Of a stretch of 64,000 nt of DNA, positions 63,395-64,000 are shown in pieces. The first letter of the stretch is position 1, and every line of letters begins with the position of its first letter. Position numbers and translations under genes: made by a program. This DNA is from Podarcis muralis (lineage: Eukaryota), in contig NC_135656.1 of the NCBI RefSeq assembly GCF_964188315.1, forward strand, positions 15,004,001 to 15,068,000, in the 5' to 3' direction. The notes beneath the pieces are model-generated. The model ran no database searches and had not been told where the DNA came from. It worked only from the letters and a program-made list of their open reading frames with translations.

Positions 63395-63553
63395 GTGAGG
63401 GTCAACGTCTCATCCGGACAAGCTGTGTCCATCGAGCTCATTTTGACATTGCAGCTGGTTCTAAGCTATCTTGTGTCCACCGATAGCAGCCGAAACAAAG
63501 GTTCTCCAGCTATCTTGATCGGTGTCTCCGTTGCCCTGGGACACTTAATTGGG
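63395..63553 (+). CDS. AQP6: Aquaporin, AQP6-like, exon 2 (53 codons)
   Basis: Pyrimidine tract CAG|GTG ... GGG|GTAAGT; [23 protein letters not shown]...[18 protein letters not shown]; 159 nt as I recall for mammalian AQP6 (165 nt in AQP2). Exons 3-4 lie beyond the window. Confidence 0.82.
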
Positions 63554-64000
63554 GTAAGTGGAGGACCTGGGGCAGTTTAAAAACTACAGGGGATCTGATG
63601 AGCAAAGGAAGAAGTAGCTCTTGCTGATGACCAATTAATCTGTAGAATGCTCGAAGGAGATGCTCAAATTACACAGAGTACTCCTGTCCAATGCAAAATA
63701 AAAATCAGAAGGGAAAGTTATGTTTACCTAGGTGCTCATTAAAGAGCTGAATGCTCTTTAGAAGCAAGGTGTTAGGTAAAGGTAAAGGGACCCCTGATCA
63801 TTAGGCCCAGTCGTGGCCGACTCTTGGGTTGTGGCGCTCATCTCGCTTTATTGGGCGAGGGAGCCGGCGTACAGCTTCTGGGTCATGTGGCCAGCAGGAC
63901 TAAGCCGCTTCTGGCGAACCAGAGCAGCGCACGGAAACGCTGTTTACCTTCCCGCCGGAGCAGTACCTATTTATCTACTTGCACTTTGATGTGCTTTCGA

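Overview
Vertebrate (squamate, most likely lacertid lizard) genomic DNA, judged from dense Sauria SINE, Bov-B, CR1/L2/L1 and Tc1/mariner and hAT MITE copies; no prokaryotic systems or CRISPR arrays. Recognisable genes: FIGNL2 main coding exon (7146-9299, +); TMDD1 (34194-35096, +); a four-gene replication-dependent histone mini-cluster H4(+), H3.2(-), H2A(-), H4(-) (36887-42910), each with a 3' stem-loop and with no H2B or H1 in the window; and exons 1-2 of an AQP6-like aquaporin (62275-63553, +) that runs off the window. Main points of interest: (1) an AQP6-like channel that keeps the anion-pore Asn but changes other key residues, has an AQP2-like N-terminus and lacks its usual AQP5 neighbour; (2) an orphan histone cluster at an apparent synteny break; (3) a recent 170-bp templated copy from one H4 promoter into the other; (4) a palindrome-array MITE just upstream of the aquaporin TATA box; (5) three co-oriented, evenly spaced CTCF motifs; (6) splice-signal clusters suggesting an unannotated transcript at 14.7-21 kb. 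Two assembly gaps: 33630-33773 and 52965-53107. All homology statements come from my recall of the families, not from searches.
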